Shown here: one piece after another, positions 17,109 to 26,876 of the stretch
Layout: each line of letters begins with the position of its first letter
Numbering within the stretch: the stretch's first letter is position 1
Notes under the pieces: model-generated
Database searches by the model: none
Told to the model about the DNA's origin: nothing
The model's input: only the letters and a program-made list of their open reading frames with translations
Assembly (NCBI GenBank): GCA_046758965.1
Contig: JBHIBG010000018.1
Span: forward strand, 1 to 38,651
DNA: 38,651 bases
Source of the DNA: Candidatus Methylomirabilia bacterium
GTDB taxonomy: Bacteria; Methylomirabilota; Methylomirabilia; Rokubacteriales; CSP1-6
Direction of reading: 5' to 3'
Program-made: the position numbers and the translations under genes

Positions 17109-20100
17109 GCCTCCGCGGCTGGATTACCGGCTTGTTGATCCTCATCGTCCTGGCCGGGACGGTGGTAGCGGGGCTCCTTTACCTGAGAACCCGCGGGGCC
17201 CAGGAGCTGATCCGCACGTACCTGGAGACGACGCTGTCTGAACAGCTGGGTATGCCAGTCAAGCTCGGGAGCGTCGAGATCTCACCGACCCTCGGTCGCG
17301 TGCGGGTGCTGCAAGCCGCGCTCCTTGATCCGGAGACGGGCGATCCGATCCTGGAGGTGGGGCGACTGACAGTGGGGCTCGCCCTCAACTCTCTTCTCCG
17401 GCGCGAAGTTCGGGTCCAGTCAGTTGGCCTCTCGGCACCCAGGCTGCTCTTCGTCGATTCACCCAGGCACCGCGCGCGAGTGCTCGAGCTGCTCGCGGGG
17501 CTCGGGGGGGCGGTGGGAACCACGCGGGGGAACCGATTCCCTGTTTCGGTGGACGACGGGAGGGTCCGCTACGAATCATCCGACGGGGTCCAGACGCTCG
17601 ACCTTGAAGGGCTTCGCCTCACTCTCTGGTGGGAGGGGTCCGGCCGGACCTCGGTCAGCATCGCCGGGGAGTCGCGGCTCCAGGTCGGCGACCGGGAGGT
17701 CGGAACCATTCTCTTTGCTCTGAGCGCGAGAGTGGCCCGCGACCAGTGGGAGGTGTCCGGTTTGAGGCTTTCCAGCGGCAGCTCGGCTCTGCAGCTTCGG
17801 GGCATGGTGCGTGCTCCGGCCGGACGGGTTGAGGCCGACCTCGCGGGCGAGGCAAGGCTCGCGCTCGAGGAGCTGGGCCCACTCCTGCTCGCCGAAGGGG
17901 GCTGGAGAGGAGGTCTGACGCTCCAGGGGCGGCTTCAGGGCGCATGGCCTTCTCTAGCCTTCGATGGAACCTTGACGCTCACAGACGGGGTTGTGGCGGG
18001 GATGTCGGTCGGTGGTGCGGAGGGCTCCCTCTCGATCCGGCCAGGGGCGATCGAGTTGGTCGCGCTCAGTGGCCGGATCTGGGGAGGAGAGCTCGTGGCA
18101 TCGGGGAGCTACGATTTACGTGAGGGGCGCTACCGCGGCCAGGTGAAGTTGCGCGAGGTCTCGCTTGAGGAAGGGCTCCGGGCCACGGGCTGGCCGTGGC
18201 GCCTGGCTGGACGGATGAGCGGCGTTGTGGAGGGAAGTGGCGACGGCCGCGGCGTGCAGGGGTTGAACCTTCGACTGGATCTCTTGGCCAGCAAGCTTCG
18301 CTTCGGGGATGGGGAGCGCGAAGCCGAGATGCGGCTCACTGGCCGGGCCTCCGGGGGCGTTGTAGAACTGGACCCCCTGATCGTCAGTCGCGGGAAGAGC
18401 CGGGTCTCCGCTCACGGGCGAGTGGACCTCCGCACCGAAGCCCTCGCTCTCACCGTCGCGGGGATCGTCACCGACCTCGGGCGGGACCTCTGGCCTCGGG
18501 CGGTCAGAGGGCTTGGCGGCCGGCTGGCCTTCTCCGGGCGGTTGGGTCGTACGCTGAAGGCGCCCGCCTTCTCAGGGCGCGTGAAGGGGCAGCGGCTCTC
18601 TTACAAGCGTGCGCGCTTGGACGCCGTGGAGGGGCCGCTGTCGGCGGAGCCCGGGCGCATCGCCTCGAGCGGGCTCAAGGTGACCGCGGGCCGCTCCGTC
18701 GGCGTGCTGGCGGGAGAGGTCAAGCTGCCTGACCTCCAGAGCGAGCCTGGAAGCTGGCGGGAGTCTCTCACCCTCTCCCTGAAACTGGACGGGAATGGGA
18801 CGGTGGAGGACGTCGCCCGGCGGCTCTCCATCTCCTTGCCGGTCGCCGGCCCCTTTGCTCTCCACCTCACTGCCCGCGGGACCCCGAAGGGCTTTTCAGG
18901 CAGCGGGCGGGTGGAAGCCCCGAGGCTCCGAGTAGGCCCCGAGCGTCTGGAGTCGATCAAAGCCCGTTTGAGGTTCAACAGCTCCCGACTCGTGCTTCGC
19001 TCGCTGACGGGAGATCTCCGCGGGATCCCGTTTCGGGCGGAGGGCCACCTTACCCGTTCCGGCAGGTACCGCGTTGCCCTCGCCCCCGTGAGAGCGGACC
19101 TCACCACCCTCTCCGGCCTGCCGGAGCTCGAAGGGACCGCCATCCTGACGGCCGAGGGGGAGGGCCACCTCTCCGCTCCTCAGATGAAGGGAGAGCTGGT
19201 GGTGACCGGCAGTCGCTTTCACGACTTCAAGGTTGAGAAGGGCGCGCTGCGCTTTGCCCTCGGCCGAGGTGAGTGGAGGTGGGAGCTGGCACTTGACAAC
19301 GCCATCCGGGGCCGCGGGACTGCGCCGCTCGCCCTGAAAGGCCGGCTCAAGGCCGAGCTCAGCGTGAAGGAGCTGGACCTCGCACCGTTCCGCTTCTTCC
19401 GCCAGCTCCGGCGGCGACTTCGAGAGCCGCTGGTCGTGCGCGCCGATGCCAGCGCGAAGCTTCAGGGCGATCTTCCGGCTCTGCGGAACCTCAGCGGCCG
19501 GATCGAGCTGACGGCGGTCCGCTGCCAGCTGGATGCCACCCCCTGTCGGCTCCGCGCTCCGGCTGGTATCACGGTGGAGGGGCGCACCCTCCGCTTCGAC
19601 CCCGTCACCGTGGTGGGGCCGGGGCTCTCGGTCACGATGACGGGGAGCGTCCGGCCCGGTGACCGCGTGGACCTCGAATTCCAGGGGCGGGCGCCGATCC
19701 CCCTCGTCAAGCCATGGGTGCGGCCGCTGGAAGATGTCCGGGGGATTCCGGAAGGGCGGGTCGCCCTCGCCGGTCCGCCGAAGAAGCTGCGGGTGACCGG
19801 CCGGGCTGAGCTTCGGGAGATCGCGGTCAAGCTGAAGAGAATCCCGATCTGGTTTGGCGTCACATCCGGAGAGGTCCACTTCACCAGGCACCGCGTGCAG
19901 TACCTCCTGCGCGAGGGAGGCACGGCGGGCGGCCGGCTCGAGGGGGACGGGTCAGCGTTCCGAGTGGAGGGGAAGCGGTGGCGCCACACCGTTGAGCTGA
20001 AGCTGGACCAGGCCCGGGTCGAGGAACTCTTCGACCCGCTTCCGGCGCTGGTCCGAAAGGTCTCGGGTCAGCTCTCGCTGCGCGAGTCCCTCACCTTCGA

Positions 20101-20629
20101 AACGGCTCCCGGCCTCGATCCCTTCCAGACCTTGAACGGGCTGCTCTCGATGCGACTGGAAGGCGGAAGCTTCTCCGAATACCCGGCGCTGGTGCGGCTC
20201 TTCGGGCTTCTGTCGAGTGCGGCGCGCCCCACGGTTCTGCCCGATCTCAGTCGGGAGCGGATGCCCTTCCGCCATCTCAGCGCCGACTTCACGATCGCCA
20301 ACGGGGTGATGGAGACCAGAAACCTCGTGCTGGACAGCAAGGTGGTGCGGGTCAGCGGGATCGGCACCATCGCGCTCGCCGAAAAACGGATCGATCTCAA
20401 GCTCGCGGTACGACCCCTCCAGGTGCTCGAAGGAGGGATCCGCAGGCTGCCGTTGGTCGGCCGCCTCCTCCCCAAGGAGCAGAGCCTGAGCGTGGTGTAC
20501 GTCAATCTGAAGGGGCCGTGGGCCGAGCCGAAGGTCTCCACGGCCGCGGGGAAGTCGTTGGGCCAGACCGTGGTGGATCTTCTTCTTCTCCTCCTCCGTG
20601 CCCCAGACCGTCTCCTCATGCCGCGGTAA
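17105..20629 (+). CDS. AsmA-like/TamB/YhdP-type envelope protein (repeating beta-groove family)
   Basis: N-terminal membrane anchor, long beta-rich Gly/Leu repeats, AsmA_2-like C-terminus (FRHLSADFTIANGVMETRNL...G.I.L...IDL...LKGPWAEPKV); ATGA overlap with the MFS gene. Confidence 0.8.
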   Translation: MSLRGWITGLLILIVLAGTVVAGLLYLRTRGAQELIRTYLETTLSEQLGMPVKLGSVEISPTLGRVRVLQAALLDPETGDPILEVGRLTVGLALNSLLRREVRVQSVGLSAPRLLFVDSPRHRARVLELLAGLGGAVGTTRGNRFPVSVDDGRVRYESSDGVQTLDLEGLRLTLWWEGSGRTSVSIAGESRLQVGDREVGTILFALSARVARDQWEVSGLRLSSGSSALQLRGMVRAPAGRVEADLAGEARLALEELGPLLLAEGGWRGGLTLQGRLQGAWPSLAFDGTLTLTDGVVAGMSVGGAEGSLSIRPGAIELVALSGRIWGGELVASGSYDLREGRYRGQVKLREVSLEEGLRATGWPWRLAGRMSGVVEGSGDGRGVQGLNLRLDLLASKLRFGDGEREAEMRLTGRASGGVVELDPLIVSRGKSRVSAHGRVDLRTEALALTVAGIVTDLGRDLWPRAVRGLGGRLAFSGRLGRTLKAPAFSGRVKGQRLSYKRARLDAVEGPLSAEPGRIASSGLKVTAGRSVGVLAGEVKLPDLQSEPGSWRESLTLSLKLDGNGTVEDVARRLSISLPVAGPFALHLTARGTPKGFSGSGRVEAPRLRVGPERLESIKARLRFNSSRLVLRSLTGDLRGIPFRAEGHLTRSGRYRVALAPVRADLTTLSGLPELEGTAILTAEGEGHLSAPQMKGELVVTGSRFHDFKVEKGALRFALGRGEWRWELALDNAIRGRGTAPLALKGRLKAELSVKELDLAPFRFFRQLRRRLREPLVVRADASAKLQGDLPALRNLSGRIELTAVRCQLDATPCRLRAPAGITVEGRTLRFDPVTVVGPGLSVTMTGSVRPGDRVDLEFQGRAPIPLVKPWVRPLEDVRGIPEGRVALAGPPKKLRVTGRAELREIAVKLKRIPIWFGVTSGEVHFTRHRVQYLLREGGTAGGRLEGDGSAFRVEGKRWRHTVELKLDQARVEELFDPLPALVRKVSGQLSLRESLTFETAPGLDPFQTLNGLLSMRLEGGSFSEYPALVRLFGLLSSAARPTVLPDLSRERMPFRHLSADFTIANGVMETRNLVLDSKVVRVSGIGTIALAEKRIDLKLAVRPLQVLEGGIRRLPLVGRLLPKEQSLSVVYVNLKGPWAEPKVSTAAGKSLGQTVVDLLLLLLRAPDRLLMPR

Positions 20630-20703
20630 GATGATCGCGCTGGAGCTTGAAACGACGAAGCGCCGCGGGGCGAAGCGCCGGAGGTGGCTTCAGATTCGGC
20701 TGG

Positions 20704-21474
20704 TCAGGCAGTGGCGCCTGCTTTCTTGACGATGCGCTCCACTGCGGCGGCCAAACGCTGTTGCGTCTGCTCGGCGAACCACAGGGCGACGAGGTCGTCC
20801 AGGTGGGCCGAGTCCACTGCCCGCATCTGTTCCACGACCGCCTGACGCGAGTAGCCCTTGACCGTTCGGTACGCCATCGGTGGCTTGTCTCCGAGCGACC
20901 TCGCGCACTCCAGGGCCCGGGCCATCATCATCTCGCCCTCGGCCACCTCGTCCACGAGTCCCAGCTCCAGCGCCTGCTCTGGCAGGTAGCTCTCCCCAGC
21001 GTACAGAACGCGCTCCGCGGTACGTCTGCCCAGCACATGGCCAAGCATCTCCACCACGCCAGCGGGTGCGGCCAAGCCGAGATCGATCTCCATCAGGCCC
21101 ATAGAGAGCTTCCCCCGCGCCATGACACGGTAGTCTCCCGTGAGGGCCATGATGCACCCGCCGGCGATCGCGTGCCCGTTCAGGGCATATACCTCCGGCT
21201 TGGGGAAGGCGAACTTGCGCCGCACGAGGCCGGTCATCTGCTCGAAGAAGGCCCGCATCTCCGCGGGCGAGAGTCTGATCAAGGAGGGGAGGTCGACCCC
21301 AGGACAGAAAACCGACCGATGCGTGGACGTCACCACGAGGGCGCGGATGGCGGGGTCGTGTTCGGCCTCGTCCATGAGCTGATGGGCCTCCCGGATGAAC
21401 TCCAGGTTGATCGCGTTGTTGCGCTCGGTATCGATCGTCAGGATCCCCACGCCGTCCCGTCGTTCGAGCTTCAT
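20704..21474 (-). CDS. Enoyl-CoA hydratase/isomerase (crotonase family)
   Basis: NAIN, FCPGVDL, FPKPEVYALNGHAIAGGC, E..LGL, ALELGLVDEV. Confidence 0.9.
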   Translation of the reverse strand: MKLERRDGVGILTIDTERNNAINLEFIREAHQLMDEAEHDPAIRALVVTSTHRSVFCPGVDLPSLIRLSPAEMRAFFEQMTGLVRRKFAFPKPEVYALNGHAIAGGCIMALTGDYRVMARGKLSMGLMEIDLGLAAPAGVVEMLGHVLGRRTAERVLYAGESYLPEQALELGLVDEVAEGEMMMARALECARSLGDKPPMAYRTVKGYSRQAVVEQMRAVDSAHLDDLVALWFAEQTQQRLAAAVERIVKKAGATA

Positions 21475-21490
21475 GCACCCGCCTCCGTCT

Positions 21491-22093
21491 TCACGCCTGC
21501 TTGGGTTTGAGGCCGAGGGTCTCAGCCACCTTGTTGTAGCCTTTCGCGACCAGTTCGCTCATCTCCTTTTTCGGCTCGAACCAGATCAGCCCCCGCTGAG
21601 CCGCCGTCCTGAAAGCCCCAATCAGCTCTTCGGTCGTCTTGCACTGCTCGAAGCAGAAGGGGTAGTTCAGGCTCTCGTCGAAGTACACGATGATATCGGG
21701 CGACGTGAGACCCCTGCCCTCGCCAATGCTCCACCGGTTCCCTTGCCCGACGTTCGTCTTGTGGAACCAAGCCCCGCCGCCGATCGCGAGGTCATAGGCG
21801 CACACGTCATCTCTCAGCATCCGCATCCCGGCCCGGCCCGGGCTCCCCTCGTTCGACCAGAGCTGCCGCTGAATCTCCAGCGCCCCCCTCGTGTCCATCG
21901 GTTGCCCTCCCCGTGCGATGTCGTGGTGCTCTTCGTTGTCTACCATCCTGGCGATGAGGGGGCCGAGCGCCTCGGCTCCGTGAAACCGTTGCCTCTCGCC
22001 TGTCCTCACCCGCTCCGCGATGCCGCTCAAGCTGCCCCTTTCGCCCGGGGAGATCCGGACGATGAACGTGATGGGCCGGGAAGGCGTCTCCAT
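21491..22093 (-). CDS. Hypothetical protein, probably two in-frame modules (second start at ATG 21898)
   Basis: 200-aa ORF with coding-like composition; internal GGAGG RBS 7 nt upstream of Met66 (MDTRGALEIQ...). Confidence 0.65.
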   Translation of the reverse strand: METPSRPITFIVRISPGERGSLSGIAERVRTGERQRFHGAEALGPLIARMVDNEEHHDIARGGQPMDTRGALEIQRQLWSNEGSPGRAGMRMLRDDVCAYDLAIGGGAWFHKTNVGQGNRWSIGEGRGLTSPDIIVYFDESLNYPFCFEQCKTTEELIGAFRTAAQRGLIWFEPKKEMSELVAKGYNKVAETLGLKPKQA

Positions 22094-22256
22094 CAGCCCC
22101 GACCTGTGTGCGGCGCCTCGGCCGTCAGCTCGCCCGCCTCGCGGACGAAGTCCGGAGGAAGAGCGGTGTCCATGGCTGACCGCCTGTGAGCCGGTGCTGT
22201 GTCATCTCCCTCGCCCCTCGGGCCGCGCACCCTCTCGCAAAGTTTGCCCCGAGGGG

Positions 22257-22301
22257 CGTAACAGGTCCGTTACAGGGCGCGTGAAAAATACGTGAAAAAT
22301 G
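22257..22301. promoter_or_regulatory. Four direct repeats CGT(A/T/G)A(C/A)A at 11/12/11-bp spacing, putative SARP/winged-helix operator
   Basis: CGTAACAGGTC (22257), CGTTACAGGGCG (22268), CGTGAAAAATA (22280), CGTGAAAAATG (22291), lying between the regulator and the divergent genes. Confidence 0.7.
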
Positions 22302-22375
22302 ATCGGGGAGCTTCTTCGCCCCGGGGGGCGAGTGGTGCTATAGTCGGGCACACGCGGCCTAGCGGGGAAGTCAAC

Positions 22376-25300
22376 GTGCGTTTGAGCCTCACGCTCCTCG
22401 GCGGCTTTCGGGCTCAACTGGCCTCGGGCTCGGGGCTGACCCTTCCCACCAAGAAGACCGAGGCGCTCCTGGCGTATCTCGCCGTGCGGCCCGGGCAGGC
22501 CCAGCCGCGAGACAAGCTGGCCGCCCTCTTGTGGGGGGAGAGGGCGGAGGAGCAGGCCCGGGCGAGCCTGCGGCAGAGCATCTCAGCCCTCCGGAAGGCT
22601 CTGGCCGTGACAGTGCCCCCGAGCCTCCTCGTCGAGGGCAACACCCTTGCCCTGAGCCCTTCCGCGGTGGACGTGGATGTCGCCGCCTTCGAGCGGCTCG
22701 TGGCCGGGGGGAGCGCGGAGACGCTTGAGCAGGCTGCTGCGCTCTACCACGGAGAGCTCCTCGAGGGGCTCACCCTGAGGGAGGCGCCGTTCGAGGAATG
22801 GCTCCTTTCGGAGCGGGAGCGGCTCCGGGAGCTGGCGTTGGAAGCCCTGGCGAAGCTTCTCGCACACCAGCGCGCGGCTGGCTCGACCGAACAGGCTATT
22901 CAGACCGCCCTGCGGCTCCTGGCGCTCGACCCCTTGCAGGAATCCGTGCATCGGACCCTGATGCGCCTCTACGCGCGGGTGGGGCGGCGGGGGACGGGAC
23001 TCCGGCAGTACCAGGTGTGCGTCGCGGTGTTGCAGCGGGAGCTGGGGGTGGAGCCGGAGGTGGAGACCAAGGAGCTCTACCAGGAGCTCCTGCAGCAACG
23101 GGTATGCCCCGCGCCGAGAAGCGAAGCTCCCCCGCTTCACGCCGCTCGACGGCCCCCGCCCGAGCCTTCGCCCGCCGGTCCCGAGCTTGGCACTGCCCAG
23201 CTGCCGCTGATCGGCCGGGAGCCGGAGCTGGCCCGGCTGCGTGAGTCGCTCGAGGAGGCCTGGCGCGGGAGCGGACAGACCGTGGCGGTCTTGGGCGAGG
23301 CGGGCATTGGGAAGAGCCGTTTAGTCGAAGCACTCGCCGCCGCCGCCGTTCAGGGAGGCGGTCGGGTGCTGCTGGGGCGTGCCTACGAGACCGGGCAAGT
23401 CCTCCCTTTCGGACCCTGGGCCGAGGCCCTCCGCACCGGGCTCGGGAGTCCCTGGAGAGAGGAGCTCGAGGGCCTGAGTCCGGTGTGGCGGGCCGAGCTG
23501 GCCCGGCTGCTCCCCGAACTGGGAGAGTCAGGGGTCCAGATGGCGACTGCGGCCGAGGATTACCTCCGGCTCTTCGAGGCGGCGGTCCGGCTTATGCGCC
23601 ACCTGGCCGCCAGGAAGCCACTCCTGCTGATTCTGGAGGATCTGCACTGGGCCGACGAGATGAGCCTCAGGCTTCTGTCGTTCTTGGGCCGGCGGGGGCT
23701 CACCTGGCGCCTTCTGGTGGTGGCGACCGCCCGCGAGGAGGAGCTCGCCGACGCGCCACTGCTCCGCCACGTCCTCGTGGAACTGACCCGCGAGCAGCGC
23801 CTTGTGCACCTGACCCTGTCGCCGCTCTCACAGCCGGAGACGGCGAATCTTGTGCGGGCGCTGGCCCGGGCGGGCAGCGCGCACGCCTCACTGGCACGCC
23901 TGGCAGAGGTGGTGTGGGCGGTGAGCGAGGGGAATCCCTTCATGGTCGTGGAGACCATGCGCGCCCTTGAGGAAGGAGGGATGCCCCAGGCGCCCGGCAT
24001 AGTCCCCCTGCCCCAGAGGGTACGGACGGTCATTGCCGGCCGCCTGGAGCGGCTGAGCGCTCGGGGCCGGGAGCTCGTGGCCGCCGCCGCCGTTATCGGG
24101 CGCCAGTTCGATTTCGCCCTGCTTCAGCGCGCCGCGGGGCTCGCCGAACGAGAGGTCGCGGAAGGGGTGGAGGAGCTGGTGCGGCGGCGAGTGTTGAGCG
24201 GAGCGGGGGAGCAGTTCGACTTCACCCACGATCGGATCCGGGAGGTGTCCTACAGCGAGCTCCTGTGGCCGCGCCGGAAACTGCTCCACGGCATGGTGGC
24301 CAGGGCGCTGGAGGAGCTGTATGCAGACGAGCTGGAGCAGCACTTTCCGGCGCTCGCTGAGCACTACCGGCAGGCGGGTCGGCCGGAACAGGCAATCCAA
24401 TACGTCTTGCTGGCGGGGGAGGTGGCGGCGAGGCGGTATGCGTACGCCGACGCCAGGGCTCAGTACCAGAACGCACGGACGATCGCGCAAACCCTCCCGT
24501 CCTCCCCCCAGACGTTTCGCTCGCACATCGACGCCACCCTCAAGCTGGCCAGCATCGCCCTGACCCGCGAGCACTTTGAGCGGGACTTGGCGAATCTCCC
24601 GGACGCTCAGATCCTCGCCGAGCGCCTTCACGACGGCTCCCGCCTCGCCCAGGTCCTGTACTGGCTCGGGCGGACTCACTACGTGCTCGGCAGGCAAGAC
24701 GCCGGGATCGAGTACGCACAGCGAGCTCTGGAGGTCGCCGAGGGACTCGAAGACGAGAGGGTGCTGGCGCCTCCCGTGAACCTCCTCGGGCGAGCCTATT
24801 TCGTGCGGGGAGAGTACGAGAGGGCCTGTGAGCTACTCGCGCGGAGCATCCGGCAGATGAATGCCCTGGACAACCGGATCGAAGAGGCCACGGCTGCTGG
24901 AATGCTCGCCCTTTGCCACGCTCTCCTCGGCGAGTTCCGGCCGGCGCTGGCAGCTGCCGATCGTGGCGTCCGCGTCGCCGAGGCGGTTGAGCACCTGCCG
25001 ACGCTTGCGGCCTGCCTCCAATACCGAGCCCAAGTGGAGGCCTGGCGTGGCGAGTGCGGCGCGGCGCTTCGCGATTACCAGAAGGCGCTGGAGCTTGCGG
25101 AACAGAGTGGGGATGTGTTTCGAAGGTATCTCATACACGGCAATCGCGGGCTCGCGTATCTCTTGGCCGGCGAGTACAGGCGTGCGGAAGAGGAGCTCGA
25201 CGAGACTGTCGGGATGGCCCGGCAGCTGGGGACGCGGTTCTTTCTCGGCTACTATGAGGGCTACCTCGCGGAAGCCCGCCTCCGGCGCGGCGATGCCGGC

Positions 25301-25684
25301 GAGGCGGTTCGTCTCAGCCGGGAAGCCCTCCAGATAGCCACGGAGTCCAACCAGCCGTGGAGCCAGTCGGTTGCCTCCCGCGCTCTTGCGCAAGCCCTCT
25401 GGCTGGGAGTCCCCCCTGACTACCAGGGGGCAGAGGAAGCCATCAAGAACGCCATCGCCATCCAGCAAGCTCGTGGAATGAAATTCGAGCTTGCCTGGTC
25501 CATGGTCGTGTACGGGCATATCCTTGAAGCGAAGGGTGAGCTGAGAGGGGCCCGCGAGCCGCTTATCCGCGCAAGCGAAATGTTCCAGCATATGGGCATG
25601 GCGTCGGACCTGGAGCGGGCCAGGGCCGCGGTGCAGGGCGTTGATGCAACCCTCTGCCGTGTCGGTGGTCCCGGCAGCGGGTAG
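22376..25684 (+). CDS. SARP/AfsR-like transcriptional regulator: winged helix + BTAD + AAA ATPase + TPR
   Basis: LTLLGGF...ALLAYLA...RDKLAALLW, VDVDVAAFE, LYHGELLEG...FEEWL, DPLQESVHRTLMRLY; LIGREPEL, Walker A GEAGIGKS, LEDLHWAD, GNPF, FTHDRIRE. Start placed at GTG 22376. Confidence 0.92.
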   Translation: MRLSLTLLGGFRAQLASGSGLTLPTKKTEALLAYLAVRPGQAQPRDKLAALLWGERAEEQARASLRQSISALRKALAVTVPPSLLVEGNTLALSPSAVDVDVAAFERLVAGGSAETLEQAAALYHGELLEGLTLREAPFEEWLLSERERLRELALEALAKLLAHQRAAGSTEQAIQTALRLLALDPLQESVHRTLMRLYARVGRRGTGLRQYQVCVAVLQRELGVEPEVETKELYQELLQQRVCPAPRSEAPPLHAARRPPPEPSPAGPELGTAQLPLIGREPELARLRESLEEAWRGSGQTVAVLGEAGIGKSRLVEALAAAAVQGGGRVLLGRAYETGQVLPFGPWAEALRTGLGSPWREELEGLSPVWRAELARLLPELGESGVQMATAAEDYLRLFEAAVRLMRHLAARKPLLLILEDLHWADEMSLRLLSFLGRRGLTWRLLVVATAREEELADAPLLRHVLVELTREQRLVHLTLSPLSQPETANLVRALARAGSAHASLARLAEVVWAVSEGNPFMVVETMRALEEGGMPQAPGIVPLPQRVRTVIAGRLERLSARGRELVAAAAVIGRQFDFALLQRAAGLAEREVAEGVEELVRRRVLSGAGEQFDFTHDRIREVSYSELLWPRRKLLHGMVARALEELYADELEQHFPALAEHYRQAGRPEQAIQYVLLAGEVAARRYAYADARAQYQNARTIAQTLPSSPQTFRSHIDATLKLASIALTREHFERDLANLPDAQILAERLHDGSRLAQVLYWLGRTHYVLGRQDAGIEYAQRALEVAEGLEDERVLAPPVNLLGRAYFVRGEYERACELLARSIRQMNALDNRIEEATAAGMLALCHALLGEFRPALAAADRGVRVAEAVEHLPTLAACLQYRAQVEAWRGECGAALRDYQKALELAEQSGDVFRRYLIHGNRGLAYLLAGEYRRAEEELDETVGMARQLGTRFFLGYYEGYLAEARLRRGDAGEAVRLSREALQIATESNQPWSQSVASRALAQALWLGVPPDYQGAEEAIKNAIAIQQARGMKFELAWSMVVYGHILEAKGELRGAREPLIRASEMFQHMGMASDLERARAAVQGVDATLCRVGGPGSG

Positions 25685-25886
25685 CGGAGCCCAGGAACAT
25701 GCTCGGGCTCTGCCAAACCGGGCCGAGGCTTCGCGGACGGTTCGTCCTGATCAGAACTCGCGACGCCTGGCATCGTCAGCCGAAGCCATGGGGAGGTCTT
25801 CTATGAGTGCCTGACTGGACTTGGCTCTCCATCCGTGTTAGAACGCAGGAGAGAAACACCGCCGCGCAGCAGTCGAGAGCACGCAG

Positions 25887-26870
25887 ATGCCTTCAATCAA
25901 CGACACGGTCAGCGAGATGGTCCAGCCTGTCCTTCCGCAGTACGCGGGCGCGCCGGGGCAGATCCACGGGGGGAGAATGATGGAGTGGATCGTCACTGCG
26001 GGGACCATGGCCGCCTCGCGTGTGGCGCGGAGCACCGTCGTCCTCGGGGCGATGGACGACATCGATTTCCTTCACCCGGTGAAGGTCGGGGAGATCGCCA
26101 TCTTGCGGGCCCAGGTCGAGTACGTGGGGCGGACCTCGCTGGAGGTCGGGGTGCGGGTCTACGCGGAGAATCCCGTTACCGGCTCGCGCGCGGTGACTCT
26201 CAGCTCGCACCTCGTCTTCGTGAGCGTCGATGAGCACGCCAACCCGCGGCCGGTCGCGCAGAAGATCGAGCCGCGGGGCCGTCAGGAGGAGGTCCTGGTT
26301 CAGGCCGCGAGGGAGCGGCGGGAGCATCGCCTGGCCCGCTTCGCCTTGAAGGCCGAGAAGCTCAAGGAGGTTCAGGACGACCCTGACCCGCCGCGCTGGC
26401 GCTTCGAGTCCACCCGCATCGTCCTCCCCGAGGAGGCGCTGTTCGGGAGCTTCATGTTCGCCGGAAAGCTCCTCATGGGGATCGACGAGGCTGGTGGGAT
26501 CCTCTGCGTCCGGTACACGCGCGGCTCTTCTATGACCGCTTCGATGGATGCGCTGGATTTCTACTCTCCCTTGCGGGTCGGGGATATCATTACGCTGAGG
26601 GCGGGGCTGAACCATGTCGGCAGAACGTCGATGGAGGTGGGGGTGAAGGTGCTTGCGGAGGAGCGGTTTACCGGTGAGGTCCGCCACACCTGCACGGCGT
26701 TTTTGACGTTCGTCCACCTGGGGCCCGACCGGAGGCCGAAGCCAGCCCCGGCCTTCAATCCGGAGAGCCCCGGCGAACGGCGGCGATGGGAGGCCACGCT
26801 CCTGCGGCGGGAGGCGCGGCTGGCCCGGGTCAAGCGCCTGAAGGCGGCAATCGCCGGCGAAGGGGGGTGA
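25887..26870 (+). CDS. Acyl-CoA thioesterase, tandem hotdog domains
   Basis: IHGGRMM...DDIDFLHPV.VG...VGRTSLEVGVRV, repeated in the second half (MFAGKLL...VGRTSMEVGVKV). Confidence 0.9.
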   Translation: MPSINDTVSEMVQPVLPQYAGAPGQIHGGRMMEWIVTAGTMAASRVARSTVVLGAMDDIDFLHPVKVGEIAILRAQVEYVGRTSLEVGVRVYAENPVTGSRAVTLSSHLVFVSVDEHANPRPVAQKIEPRGRQEEVLVQAARERREHRLARFALKAEKLKEVQDDPDPPRWRFESTRIVLPEEALFGSFMFAGKLLMGIDEAGGILCVRYTRGSSMTASMDALDFYSPLRVGDIITLRAGLNHVGRTSMEVGVKVLAEERFTGEVRHTCTAFLTFVHLGPDRRPKPAPAFNPESPGERRRWEATLLRREARLARVKRLKAAIAGEGG

Positions 26871-26876
26871 TGTCCG

